Of a DNA stretch of 64,000 bases, positions 62,601-64,000 are shown one piece after another. The stretch covers positions 13,461,593 to 13,525,592 of the forward strand of contig JARFYF010000056.1 of NCBI GenBank assembly GCA_030265395.1, read 5' to 3'. The stretch comes from Rhina ancylostomus (taxonomy: Eukaryota). Numbering within the stretch: the first letter of the stretch is position 1; each line of letters starts with the position of its first letter. The notes beneath the pieces are model-generated. The model did no database searches and was not told where the DNA came from. It saw nothing but the letters and a program-made list of their open reading frames with translations. Made by a program: the position numbers and the translations under genes.

Positions 62601-62914
62601 GAACATAATGGTGGCTATTCCACTGATCACAACTGGAATAGCACCCTGATGTTACAATCAGCAGTCCCTGTGTTAGTAAGAAAGGATAAATAGATAGAGG
62701 AAGATTCCTCTCTTGATAGTATGCAGAAAAATTCCATAGGCATGGCCAGAAGAGAAAGCTATANNNNNNNNNNNNNNNNNNNNNNNNNNNNNNNNNNNNN
62801 NNNNNNNNNNNNNNNNNNNNNNNNNNNNNNNNNNNNNNNNNNNNNNNNNNNNNNNNNNNNNNNATAGGCATGGCCAGAAGAGAAAGCTATACACATAGTC
62901 TTTGCCACTATTCA

Positions 62915-63655
62915 TGAATACAGTTTACCCCAAGGCTCTTAACAGCCAATGTATGCAGTGGAATTTGAGAAGGGTGTTCCACAGTCCCTCCTGGTTGATA
63001 GAAATTTGAAGATCAAGGCCCTCAGACCAGGCACAAAGCTCATGGTCTACTGGGCAGCAGTGATTCCTGCCCTGTCCTTCGATGTGTTTCTGAAGTCCGG
63101 ACAAGCTAAAGCAGGTACCTCAAGGTACTGAAAGAATAACACCAATCTTGTCCCTGCAAAATCCTCCAAACCCACTGGAAGAATAAATGAACATCCTCTC
63201 CCAGGTCAATATCTCCATCATTGAGGTCCTAGTTATTCTCAGTTGGCTATATTGCATAGGCCACAACATTTGTTTGCCCAACACCAGACTTCTGAAACAG
63301 GCACTCTATTCTAAGCTCTGACGTTGAAGGAGGTTACCAGGTGGAAAAAGATTCAAAGATGTGCTCAAAGCTTCCTTGAAGAAGAAGAACCTCTGGCCCA
63401 AGACCACTCAAAGTATAGATGGTGCATGGATAGAAGCAGGGATGGTATTGAGAACTTTAAGGCCATGCATTGGGAACACATAGAATCCCTGTGTATGCAG
63501 TAAAAGGGGCGCATCACCTCCCAAACTACCCACCTACTCATCCCTTCAGCAACTTCCTGCCCACTTCTGGAGTCTGTTGTTCCCATGTTGACTTCATTAG
63601 CCACTGCAGAGCTCACAAAATTGGAGGAGAAGTAAATCATCCTTGATCTCATGGA
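62915..63655 (+). mobile_element. RTE-clade LINE 3' fragment
   Basis: LRPGTKLMVYWAAVIPAL..LPNTRLLKQALYSKL..GGKRFKDVLKASLKK..LAQD, RTE/BovB-type C-terminus. Confidence 0.75.
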
Positions 63656-63679
63656 GCTGCTGAAGAAAAAGGCAGCTAA

Positions 63680-63995
63680 TTAAATACTTTTGTAGTCATT
63701 GCTGTGATGTAGGAAGCACTTTGGTAAATCTACACCCAGTAAACTTGCACAACCAGCATTAATGACCATTTTAACTGGTCACCATTGGTGAGACTTCCCT
63801 TCCTTTCTTCAAAATAATCCTGTGGTATCTTTTATGACCACCATAGAGGCCAGGTTAGAAAGATCTCTGACAGAACACCATTCCCTCAGTAATCCACTGG
63901 AGAGTCCAGGTTAGGTCTCTGAATGAGGATGGGACGAAGTTTAGTTGTGCCGTCTCTCATAGTCAAAGCAGACACTCACACATTTGTGAAAATGG
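63680..63995 (-). mobile_element. Deu-domain SINE (degenerate)
   Basis: TGTAGTCATTGCTGTGATGTAGGAA..TTCTTCAAAATAAT..TCTTTTA..CCCTCAGTA pattern. Confidence 0.55.
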
Positions 63996-64000
63996 CCATT

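Noticed and set aside
62736-62891. 28-bp direct repeat ATAGGCATGGCCAGAAGAGAAAGCTATA
   Set aside because: The copies flank a 100-N gap exactly; most likely an unmerged contig overlap

Overview
Eukaryotic (vertebrate) genomic DNA from a gapped scaffold with many N-runs. The repeat content (V-SINEs, Deu-domain SINEs, CR1, Rex-Babar, L2, RTE, Penelope) suggests a cartilaginous fish, probably a ray; this is inference. The main feature is the 5' ~85% of the coding sequence of slc27a4 (FATP4, very-long-chain acyl-CoA synthetase / fatty acid transport protein 4) on the minus strand. I traced ten coding exons by hand: 49118-49278, 38422-38816, 22827-22988, 22043-22112, 19243-19334, 15710-15819, 14916-15125, 12786-12912, 12376-12513 and 1621-1785. 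All are GT-AG and phase-consistent, giving 1630 coding nt (543 codons + 1 nt). A probable non-coding exon 1 ends at 49661 within a CpG-rich promoter. The last coding exons lie left of the window. Introns are filled with degenerate retroelements, including Gmr1-like and Mag-like Gypsy remnants, solo LTRs and an old local duplication. No identifiable gene was found in the 14 kb upstream, only exon-like candidates. I found no convincing wholly new biological system. The best leads are splicing/RNA-structure candidates: a frame-preserving 3/6-nt microexon, an inverted CR1 pair bracketing exon 3, Penelope-derived palindromes with decayed hammerhead cores, and a possible divergent spliced transcript.
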